64,000 nt of DNA from a bacterium (GTDB lineage: Bacteria > SAR324 > NAC60-12): NCBI GenBank assembly GCA_965209155.1, contig OZ242383.1, positions 544,001-608,000 on the forward strand, read 5' to 3'. How positions within the stretch are numbered: position 1 is the stretch's first letter; each line of letters starts with the position of its first letter. The position numbers and the translations under genes were made by a program. The notes below the pieces were generated by a model. It ran no database searches, was not told the origin of the DNA, and worked only from the letters and a program-made list of their open reading frames with translations. Positions 11,309 to 20,800 of the stretch are shown piece by piece.

Positions 11309-11359
11309 TGGTTTCTCTAAGATATGAAAATTCCATAATATATTGCATTTATTAAAAAT

Positions 11360-12220
11360 TTATCTCGAACCCAGGTTAAGTAAATTGATGTCGGAATGCT
11401 GGTGAAATGCTTCCAGGATGTTTTCACTTATTTTTTCTTCGATGTTACGACGATGGCGGGGGTCGCAAAGGTGACGGATGGTCAATAAAATACCTTTTTC
11501 CTCGATACTGGTATAAACCGTAGGCGTGAGGGTGGGAGCAATGACATAGGCTTTCGCTTTTTCCCGGAACGCTTTTTGCTGGGCAGCGTTTAAGGTTGCG
11601 GAATGCTTTTCAGAGATCGATTGCAACAAATCTTTCGCGCTTTTCCAATCGCTGTCTCCCGTGAGCATGACGCGAATTTCGTTCCAAACGAATGGTAACC
11701 CGCGGCTATAATTGGCCACTCCCTCCGTAATCACAATCCCATTGGGCACTTTGAGAAGCCGCCCGGTGCTTTGGTCACCCCCCACCCATTGGCCAATTTC
11801 CATCAAAGTGAAATAAAAAAATCCCATATCAATCACGTCTCCCTTGTATTTGCCAATTTCGATGCGATCTCCCACGCTGAACAGCTCTCTCCAAATGATG
11901 GTGACCCAGGCAAACAAGTTTTGAATGGGTTCCTTGAGAATGATGGTAATTGCCGCGGAAATGAGGCCGAGGAAAGTGAGGATCGACTGGACGCCGCTGA
12001 ACCATAAACGGATCAGCAGCACCATTCCCAGGAGGAACACGAAATACTGCACGATCTGACGCCAGATATAGCGGGTATGGTCATTTTGAATTTTCACAAC
12101 CGTCAACTTCAAGATCACCGTTCTTATGATCCAGAGTCCAATAACGACGAGGATGGACTGAATCACGATGGCTTGGGTCTCCGGAATGGTATTTATGAGG
12201 GTTTGAAAAAAATTATCCAT
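11360..12220 (-). CDS. MscS-family mechanosensitive ion channel
   Basis: Three TM helices, FSVGDRIEIG, GDQSTGRLLKVPN; start uncertain. Confidence 0.85.
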   Translation of the reverse strand: MDNFFQTLINTIPETQAIVIQSILVVIGLWIIRTVILKLTVVKIQNDHTRYIWRQIVQYFVFLLGMVLLIRLWFSGVQSILTFLGLISAAITIILKEPIQNLFAWVTIIWRELFSVGDRIEIGKYKGDVIDMGFFYFTLMEIGQWVGGDQSTGRLLKVPNGIVITEGVANYSRGLPFVWNEIRVMLTGDSDWKSAKDLLQSISEKHSATLNAAQQKAFREKAKAYVIAPTLTPTVYTSIEEKGILLTIRHLCDPRHRRNIEEKISENILEAFHQHSDINLLNLGSR

Positions 12221-12532
12221 GGAAGGCGTGGAGTAAAATGAAACGGTTGAAAAATATTTGATAAACTCCTCGGATTTCAAATCCTTGATTCCTGCACGAT
12301 AAATGCCAAATCCCTGCTGGCTTGAGAAAGGGAGGTTTGGTGCGCCTGGCTATGCGTATTCTTGATTCAATGGCGAGTTTGGATCAATCCGCATGGACCC
12401 GTCAATACTCGATCCGCTGACATGGGAAATATTCTTTCGAGCGCACGATTGTCGAACAGGCGAGATATACCCGGCAGGTCGAACCGGAGACGATCGAGCC
12501 GATGCCGGACAAACTTCGACTGGCGGAAATTC

Positions 12533-13015
12533 TCAGCGCAGGTCGACCCAAAATGCCCCCGATCCTCCGTGACGAGGAGAGGCGGGAAAAAAATCCTTGA
12601 TAAAGGGAGCACCGTTCCGCTGCAACCAGGAACGAGTCGCGTGATTCAAAACAGGTCCCTCATCTCCTGAATGGGAGCCTTTACCGGTGATGATCAATAA
12701 ACTTCGCAGGTGCCGGCGGTAACTGAGAGTGACGAAATTTTGCACTAAAATGATAGCCTCCTCTTCCGTTTTTCCGTGAAGATCCAAAGTGGCGTCGGGA
12801 TTTCTGGAAAAGTCGGTATTGCGAAATGCGCCTTTCTTGCGGGAACGCGCAGGGGTCTTCCGAAATGCGCCTTTCTTGTCCCTCTTGACGAGAGAATCTT
12901 CCGCATACTCCTGTTCAGGAAGAGTTTCCAGCATGGACTTCAACAACGTGTCGTCGTCTTCCGAACTTCTGAATTTTATCCCTGAAAAAAAATCTTTTTG
13001 ATCCCGATCTTTCAT
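12533..13015 (-). CDS. Smr/MutS2 C-terminal domain protein
   Basis: LDLHG, IITGKGSHS, HGGSGA. Confidence 0.9.
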   Translation of the reverse strand: MKDRDQKDFFSGIKFRSSEDDDTLLKSMLETLPEQEYAEDSLVKRDKKGAFRKTPARSRKKGAFRNTDFSRNPDATLDLHGKTEEEAIILVQNFVTLSYRRHLRSLLIITGKGSHSGDEGPVLNHATRSWLQRNGAPFIKDFFPASPRHGGSGAFWVDLR

Positions 13016-13382
13016 GGCTCTTTCCCCAAACAATCGCACTGCCTGACGAACTACGAATTTATATCATACGTGAATCAGGAGTTAAAAAAACAAACGGGCA
13101 ATGAAGTAAGCCATTTTCCGGTTTCGCGATAAATCTCGGGTTCTTTGAGCAACTGTCAGGAATGAGAACGGACTGACTCCGCAAAAACCCGGGCGGCTCC
13201 TTCGAGCAATTCTGTTGGTCGCAATTCCAGATGATGTTATAATGCGTCCCGCTTCCGATAAAATCAGGGTCATGCAACCCTGACGGATGATAATGACAAA
13301 CATCTTTCAAAATAGCATGAGCATTGATATTAAAGAACAAAAAAGGAAACTTATTCCTCTTTAGCCCTCGAGTTTTGGTCGC

Positions 13383-14825
13383 ATGCCGTTAAAAATTTAC
13401 AATTCACTGACTCGGGAAGAAGAAAATTTCACTCCAATCCGCCCCCGTCGAGTCTCCCTCTATGTTTGCGGTCCGACCGTCTATGGTGACTCTCACCTGG
13501 GACATGGAAAAACCTATATCGGTTTCGACGTGATCTTGCGCTACTTCCAGTTTCTCGGATACCAGACGTTTTATGTGCAAAACATCACCGACGTCGGTCA
13601 TCTGGTGGACGATTCCGACGACGGTGAAGACAAGATCCTCAAAAAATCACGAGAAGCCGACAAAGAACCGATGGCCATTGCGGAATACTATACCCGTCGT
13701 CACTTCGACGTGATGGATCGTTTGCAAGTGCAACGACCCGATATTTCCCCAAGGGCGACTGGCCATATTCCGGAACAATTGCAGGCGATTCGGAAAATGC
13801 TGGCTCAAGGAGATGCTTATGAGGTCAATGGGTCGATTTACTTTGATATTTCCCGTGACCCTGCCTACGGACGACTGTCCAATCGCAGTCAAGAGGACAT
13901 GTTGAGCGGAACCCGGGTCACGAGTCGTTCTGAAAAACGCCATCCCCATGACTTCGCTCTTTGGAAACACGCGGAACCAGGACACTTGATGCGTTGGGAG
14001 GACCCGTGGAGCGGCCAGGGTTACCCCGGTTGGCACACCGAGTGCGTGGTGATGAGTACCAAGTACATGGGAGACGAGTTTGATATTCATGGGGGAGGGA
14101 TGGATTTGAAGTTTCCCCACCATGAATGTGAACTGGCCCTGGCGCGTTGTATGGGTCAACCCTTTGCCCGATTTTGGATGCACAGCAACATCTTGAATAT
14201 CAATGGACAGAGCATGAGCAAGTCACTGGGAAACTCCATCACGCTGGAGGAGGCATGTCAGAAATATAGTCCCCTTGCCGTACGATATTTCATTATCGCC
14301 AGCCATTACCGCTCCGTGGTCGATTTCAGTGAAGAGGCGCTGCAATCCGCGCAGATTGCCTTGCTTCGTTTGTACCAGGTGGTCACGGCTTTGCGGGAGC
14401 GGTATCCCGCGGAAGCCAGTCCGCAGCATCGCCATTTTCAAGAGTACCGCCATCGATTCTGCGCCGCCATGGACAATGATTTCTCAACACCCCAGGCACT
14501 GGGCGTGCTTTTTGATTTAACAAGGGCAGCCAATAATTTGCTGAATCAGCCTTCTCCAGATCCCGACGCCATCGTCGATGCGGAACACCTCTTTTCGACC
14601 CTGGGGGGAGGGGTTTTGGGCTTGATTCCCCCTACCCTGGAATCCTCCAGGGAATCGGGCGAAAAATTTGAAGAAGTGATGAAATTGGTGATCGAGTTGA
14701 GAAACCGGTTTCGAGACAAGCGGGATTATGGGGCTGCCGATTTTATCCGGGAGCAGCTCAATTCTTTAGGGATTCAACTCAAAGATAGCAGGGGAGCGAC
14801 TTTCTGGGAATGGTTGAAAGATTGA
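13383..14825 (+). CDS. cysS: Cysteine--tRNA ligase
   Basis: [39 protein letters not shown]. Confidence 0.97.
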   Translation: MPLKIYNSLTREEENFTPIRPRRVSLYVCGPTVYGDSHLGHGKTYIGFDVILRYFQFLGYQTFYVQNITDVGHLVDDSDDGEDKILKKSREADKEPMAIAEYYTRRHFDVMDRLQVQRPDISPRATGHIPEQLQAIRKMLAQGDAYEVNGSIYFDISRDPAYGRLSNRSQEDMLSGTRVTSRSEKRHPHDFALWKHAEPGHLMRWEDPWSGQGYPGWHTECVVMSTKYMGDEFDIHGGGMDLKFPHHECELALARCMGQPFARFWMHSNILNINGQSMSKSLGNSITLEEACQKYSPLAVRYFIIASHYRSVVDFSEEALQSAQIALLRLYQVVTALRERYPAEASPQHRHFQEYRHRFCAAMDNDFSTPQALGVLFDLTRAANNLLNQPSPDPDAIVDAEHLFSTLGGGVLGLIPPTLESSRESGEKFEEVMKLVIELRNRFRDKRDYGAADFIREQLNSLGIQLKDSRGATFWEWLKD

Positions 14826-14860
14826 GACTTATTTGCATTTCAGTTCATAAATTCGCATAG

Positions 14861-16609
14861 ATGGAAAAACTCAATAAAGGGAAATTAAGCGACATCAGGC
14901 GTCTTGTCGACCTGGTCCTCCCCTATAAAGGCTGGATCGTCCTCAGCGTTTTCTGTTCTCTGGGATACAACCTGTTCACGGCAGCACCCGGGTGGTATGC
15001 CAAAGATATCATCGATGCGATAGAACACAAACCAAGGCTGGAAAATTTCTTCATGGTGGCAATCGGAATAGTCTTCGTTTTCACCATGAAAGGCGTTTTT
15101 TCATTCGTTCAGACCTTCAGCATGGGACTGATGGTACAGCGCCTGTTGTCTTCGTTACGCACTCAATTGTTTGAACATATTCAGGGATTGTCGCTTTCCT
15201 TTTTCGACAAGTCCAAAACAGGCGACCTGATTGCTCGATTCACCAATGACATTCAAGTCCTGCAAGAAGCCCTCAACGTGGGAATCACCGGGCCTTTTCG
15301 AGACATCCCTCTCGTTTTCATTCTCACGGGGATGATGATTTATCGCAGTTGGCAATTGAGCCTGTTTCTCCTGATCATCATTCCCATCGCCCTCCTTTGC
15401 ATCCTCAGCTTTGGTAAGCGCAATAAGAGGGCCATCGGCCAGCGTCAAACCAGTTTTGGGGAACTGGCGAATTTTTTAATGGAAACCTTCACCAGTATCC
15501 GGGTGGTTCAGGCATTCAGCATGAAAAAATACGAAAACAAAAGATTTCAGCAAAACAATGATCAACTTTACAAGCACAACCTTCGTTCCGTACTGATCAC
15601 CGCATACTCGTCACCGACCATTGAAGTCGTCGGCGCCTTGGCGGGAGGGATCATCTTCACCTATGGGGGTTATCTCTATGAACAGGGAATCATCACGATC
15701 GGCGATTTGGGATCGTTTTTCCTCCTTTTTTTCATGCTCAACGACCCGGTAAAAAAACTCAATGGGTTCAACCTGAAACTCCAGGAAGGGGCCGCGGCGG
15801 TGCAAAGGGTCCATGCCATCATGGACACCCATCCTGAGATAAAGGACCATCCCAATGCCCGCAAACTGGAGGCTTTTCGAAATAAAATCGAAATCCACAT
15901 CCAACGATTCCAGTATGATTTTCAGGACCAACCTGCCCTGCAGGATATAGACCTGGAAGTGCAAAAAGGAGAAGTGATCGCCTTAGTGGGAAGCAGTGGC
16001 GCGGGTAAAACCAGTTTCGTCAACTTGATTCCACGATTCTACGACCTCAAGGATGGCTACGTAAAAATCGATGGTCATGACGTCAAAGGACTGCAACTTC
16101 AATCACTCCGCAACCACATCTCCGTGGTGACGCAGGAGACCATTCTCTTCAACGATACGATTCTGAATAACATCACTTATGGTCATCCCGAATGCCCGGA
16201 GGAGAAAATGCTGGCTGCCGCTAAGGCATCCAATGCCCATGAATTCATAATCGCCCAACCCCAAGGTTACCAGACACCGATAGGGGAAAAAGGGGTCAAA
16301 CTTTCCGGGGGACAGCGCCAGCGCCTGGCAATTGCAAGAGCCTTGCTCAAAGACGCGCCTATTTTAATTTTGGATGAAGCCACATCTTCTTTGGACTCCG
16401 AATCAGAAATCGCAGTTCAGCAAGCCATCAACAACCTGATGAAAAATCGTACGTCCTTCGTGATTGCCCACCGCCTTTCCACCATCCGACATGCGGATCG
16501 TATTTGCGTATTGGAGAAAGGCAAAATCGTCGAGATTGGCAACCATGAAGCCTTGCTTGAAAATGGAGGAAGGTATCAACGATTTTATGAAATCCAATTT
16601 CAAGAATAA
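14861..16609 (+). CDS. ABC exporter, permease plus ATPase (MsbA-like)
   Basis: TM domain; GSSGAGKT, LSGGQRQR, ILDEATS, IAHRLST. Confidence 0.9.
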   Translation: MEKLNKGKLSDIRRLVDLVLPYKGWIVLSVFCSLGYNLFTAAPGWYAKDIIDAIEHKPRLENFFMVAIGIVFVFTMKGVFSFVQTFSMGLMVQRLLSSLRTQLFEHIQGLSLSFFDKSKTGDLIARFTNDIQVLQEALNVGITGPFRDIPLVFILTGMMIYRSWQLSLFLLIIIPIALLCILSFGKRNKRAIGQRQTSFGELANFLMETFTSIRVVQAFSMKKYENKRFQQNNDQLYKHNLRSVLITAYSSPTIEVVGALAGGIIFTYGGYLYEQGIITIGDLGSFFLLFFMLNDPVKKLNGFNLKLQEGAAAVQRVHAIMDTHPEIKDHPNARKLEAFRNKIEIHIQRFQYDFQDQPALQDIDLEVQKGEVIALVGSSGAGKTSFVNLIPRFYDLKDGYVKIDGHDVKGLQLQSLRNHISVVTQETILFNDTILNNITYGHPECPEEKMLAAAKASNAHEFIIAQPQGYQTPIGEKGVKLSGGQRQRLAIARALLKDAPILILDEATSSLDSESEIAVQQAINNLMKNRTSFVIAHRLSTIRHADRICVLEKGKIVEIGNHEALLENGGRYQRFYEIQFQE

Positions 16610-16654
16610 CAACCGTCACCATTAACCAACGCTTCCTGATTTAAGCGATATTGG

Positions 16655-17533
16655 TTATTTTGAAGAGCGGGGATCGGAATCTTTCTCTTGGAGGAGAGCA
16701 CGCAGCCGTTCGACTTCCGCAAGCGCTTTTTCTTCTCTTGCCAAGGCAATTTTTTCTCTTGCCAAGGCGTTTTCTTTCAGTTGTCGCTCTTTTTCTTTCA
16801 GTTGTCGCTCTTTTTCTTTTTGCTGACGCTCTTGTTGGAAGCTTTTCAGGAGAAACGGTTGGTAGAGAGGATCCTCGATCAATGTTTCAAAGGCCACCTG
16901 TTTTTCTAAATCCTCCAGACGAAAGGCGAAACGATCCAAAACCCGGGAATGAATCACCTCAGGCTCTTTCTGCTTCATCCTCTCATAAACCCCTTGCTCA
17001 TTGAGGAAATAGAAGGCGGTGTGCTTGCGCAAACGGTCTAATATATAATATTCCGCCACCCCTGCTTTGGCGTATTCTTCTTTTTTGTGGACCGTATCCC
17101 GTTCTACCTCTGCGGGAGTCGAGTCGGATAAAAACTCAATACAGAGATCACAAACTCCCCTAAAAGAACGGTCCAGGGGTTTGGCCTCGACAGGATTGGA
17201 GTGGAGAATCACGGCCAGATCCGGTTTGCGAATACTCACCTTTTGCTTTCCCACCGCCAAACGAAAGCCCATTTCCAATACCATCATCCGTCCGATGGGA
17301 AAGACGGTCAAATACTCTTTTAATAAGTGGAAGAACCATTCATAGAGGGAGATGCTTAAAAAATCGGGCATAGGCTTTTCCTCCAAGAGTCCATTGTTCC
17401 ATTCATATGAACCATCCGGGTGTTCATAATACGTCTTCCAATACTCGGCTTCACTCGCCCTGAGCGGCTCCTTGGCAGAAGGAGGCAACCGTGTTGGAGA
17501 AGAGTGATTTTTGACGGATTCTAAAGAAGTCAT
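16655..17533 (-). CDS. Uma2-family (DUF820) endonuclease-fold protein with coiled-coil tail, copy 1
   Basis: RKPDLAV, IEFLS, KKEEYAKAGVAEYYILD; heptad-repeat tail; start uncertain. Confidence 0.85.
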   Translation of the reverse strand: MTSLESVKNHSSPTRLPPSAKEPLRASEAEYWKTYYEHPDGSYEWNNGLLEEKPMPDFLSISLYEWFFHLLKEYLTVFPIGRMMVLEMGFRLAVGKQKVSIRKPDLAVILHSNPVEAKPLDRSFRGVCDLCIEFLSDSTPAEVERDTVHKKEEYAKAGVAEYYILDRLRKHTAFYFLNEQGVYERMKQKEPEVIHSRVLDRFAFRLEDLEKQVAFETLIEDPLYQPFLLKSFQQERQQKEKERQLKEKERQLKENALAREKIALAREEKALAEVERLRALLQEKDSDPRSSK

Positions 17534-17854
17534 GATGCCCTCGATGAGAAGGAGTGGTGAAATTTGTCGTCTTTTCAAAAACATAACACATTGTGTGGAG
17601 GACAGCAATTTCTATGTTGATCGACTTTAAATAAATCGGACCCATTTTCACAATTATGTTATGTGATTGCTGTCCATTTTCAGCAGCGGTGACGTTGCTG
17701 GATTCTCTTTGATAAATAATTCTGTTGACTATTGATTACTATTTTATTACTGTTCCTTTTCAACACAGGTAACAATGCCCGATGAATCATGCGAAATCGA
17801 TGCGTCAAGCAGCATCATTGATTTCTATTTGATATCTAAAATGGCAGGAGGACG

Positions 17855-20800
17855 ATGAAAGGCAAAATCAGCAAGCATTCCGTCGAAAATCTGTCGTGCG
17901 AGAGAAAAGACCGCTTCCTGTGGGACACGGAGTTGCCGATGTTCGGCTGTAAAATAACCCCCAAGGGCAGACGGGTTTATCTCCTGCAATATCGCATCAA
18001 GGGACGCCTGAGGCGCTATACCATTGGCACGCATGGGATTTTGACCGCCAAAGAAGCCCGCCACATTGCCAGGAACCTGCTGCATGAGGTGGTCCTGGGT
18101 CGTGATCCGGCGGATACGAAGAATAAAAAAGGAGATCAAAACGATAAATTGTCTCCTGGACCTCCAAAAACGGTTGTGAACAACACGAAGTTGGTTTCCA
18201 GTGGGGAAAATGCAGAGATTCCGGGTTATTCACTGGAGGAGGTCATTTTTGAAAGTGGGCGGACCTGGCTTTGGCGCGGCAAGCGGCAAAGCGATGGGCT
18301 TTGGGTTCTGATCAAGGGAGCGGCTTCCTCTGAGCAGAGCGCGCAGGAGCTGGCGGAAATACGGCATGAGCATGAGATCACCCAGGCTCTTAAGATCGAT
18401 GGGGTCCTCAGGTCAGAGGAAGTGGTGCAATATGAAAACGGATCAGTCTTGATCCTGGAAAACACGGAAGGGCTTCCTTTAAGAAAGCTGATGGATGCCG
18501 CCCGGCTCGACCTGCTGGACTCGCTTAAGGTAGCGCTTTCACTGATCGGTATTCTGAAAGAAGTGCACCAGCAGGGCCTCCTGCATAAAATGATCAACCC
18601 ATTAAATATTTTTGTCGATCCGGGATCGGGAAACATCAAACTGAGCGGCTTCGGCCTGGCCACTCGGCTGCCCCGGGAAAATTTGACGACGTTGAGTCCC
18701 CAGCTTAGCGGGGAAACCCTGCCCTATATCTCCCCCGAGCAGACCGGGCGGATGAACCGGGTGCTCGATTATCGCAGTGATTTTTATTCTCTGGGCGCTA
18801 CCCTTTATGAACTTTTTACAGGGAGAGTACCTTTTGGGTCCCGGGAGACCATGGAAATCATCCACGCTCACATTGCCCGGCAGCCTGTACCCCTGGACCA
18901 GATGGCGCCGCAGGTGCCCAAACCCCTTTCTAATATGGTGATGAAACTGATGGCCAAGCGTGCCGAGGCGCGCTACCAGAGCCACTCGGGCCTTTCAGCT
19001 GATCTCCTGGCATGTCTGGATCAGCTCGAAAACCAGGGGAGCCTGTCCGACTTTCCCCTGGGCCGCCAGGACGTTCCCAAAGAACTGCAGATCGCCCCGG
19101 GGCTTTATGGCCGGGAGGATGAAATTACTGATCTGGAAGCCGCCCTGGAGCGAGTCAGCCAGGGAGCGACCGAGATGGTGCTGATCTCGGGAAGCGCCGG
19201 TGTCGGCAAAACCGCCCTGGTCGGTGAAATTCACCGGTCTATTGCCCAAAAAAACGGTTATCTCATCTCCGGCAAGTTTGACCAGCTCCGGCATAATATC
19301 CCTTACAGCGCTTTGATCCAGGCGCTGCGGGGACTGATCCGGGAGGTATCAGTCGAAGAGAAATCCGGAATGGAGCGTTGGAAAAGCAGGATACGGGCAG
19401 CGCTGGGCCCCAACGGACAACTGATGGCCCGGGTGATCCCGGAACTGGAACAGGTGATCGGCCCGCAACCCCCGCTGCCGGAAATGGGAGCGCTGGAGTC
19501 CCAGAACCGCTTCACTGCCGTTTTACTGGATTTCATCTCTGTTTTCTGTGAAAAAACCCATCCCCTGGTTATTTTTCTGGACGACTTGCAGTGGGTGGAC
19601 GCCGATACCCTCAAGCTGGTGGAACGCATCGCTCAGCATCCCGAGAGGAAACCTCTGCTTTTCCTGGGAGCCTATCGCGAAAACGAGGTGGAGGCCGATC
19701 ATCCGTTGTCGATCAGTTGTGAGGTGATCAAAAAATCTGGCCAGCCGCTGCAAACGATCCTCTTAAAACCTCTGAACTCAGAGAACATCTTACAACTGCT
19801 CGTCCATACCTGCCACTGCCGTCCTGAGGAGGCCAAACAGCTGGCCGAGGTCCTGGTGCGCAAAACCGGCGGCAATCCCTTCTTTGTGAGCCAGTTCTTG
19901 ACCGTACTCTCCGAGAAGGAGCTGATCCGCTACTCCCCTGAGGAAAAACGATGGACCTGGGAGCTGGCTGCCATCGAATTCCTGGCGGTGACCGAGAATG
20001 TGGTGGATTTGCTGGTTGACCGGCTCCACCGGTTTTCCTTTGAAACCAGGCGACTCTTGAGCCTGGCGGCCTGCATCGGCAATATTTTTGATCTGGAATC
20101 GTTGGAACTGATCAGCGGAGCCGGAAGCGGGGAGCTCTATGAGAACCTGTTGCCGGCCCTGGAAACCGGGTTGATCCTCGGTTTTTCCCGGGCTCCGCAG
20201 CTGGATAATCCTCCCGCCGGAGCGAGCATGGAAGGCGGCAGCTACAGCTTCCTGCATGACCGGGTGCAGCAGGCTGCCTATGCCCTCATTGCCGAAAAGA
20301 AGAGAAAGCCGGTCCATCTTCAAATCGGTCAGACCCTGCTCAAGCAATACGTTCCCGGGAAAAGTGACGCTCTGCTTTTTGACATCGTCCACCATCTCAA
20401 CCTGGCCCGGAGGGTGAAGGATAAATGGAAAGACCGATTGAATCTGGCGGAACTCAACTTGGAAGCCGGTCGTCAGGCCAGAGCGGCTTCGGCTTTTGAA
20501 CAGGCCCTGGAATACTTTACCCTGGGCCTGGAGCTTTCAGGAGCCGCCGCCTGGAAACGGCAATACCCCCTGACCTTATCCCTGCATGAGGAAGCCACGG
20601 AGATGTCATGGCTCTGCGGCCGCTTCGAGTTGATGGAGAAGCTGGCGGGTGCCGTAAAAGACAACGCCCGAGAGGACCCGGACCTGGCCACTGTTTATCA
20701 ATGCCGGATCAAGAACTACACCACCCAGGGTGAATTAAAGAAGGCCCTGAAAACGGGCGAAGAAATTCTGGAGAAATTGGGGTGTAATCTGAATCGTCTG

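Noticed and set aside
17855..18210. Functional integrase defining the island
   Set aside because: Only the arm domain is present; no R-H-R-Y catalytic domain and no tRNA/att site recognised in the window
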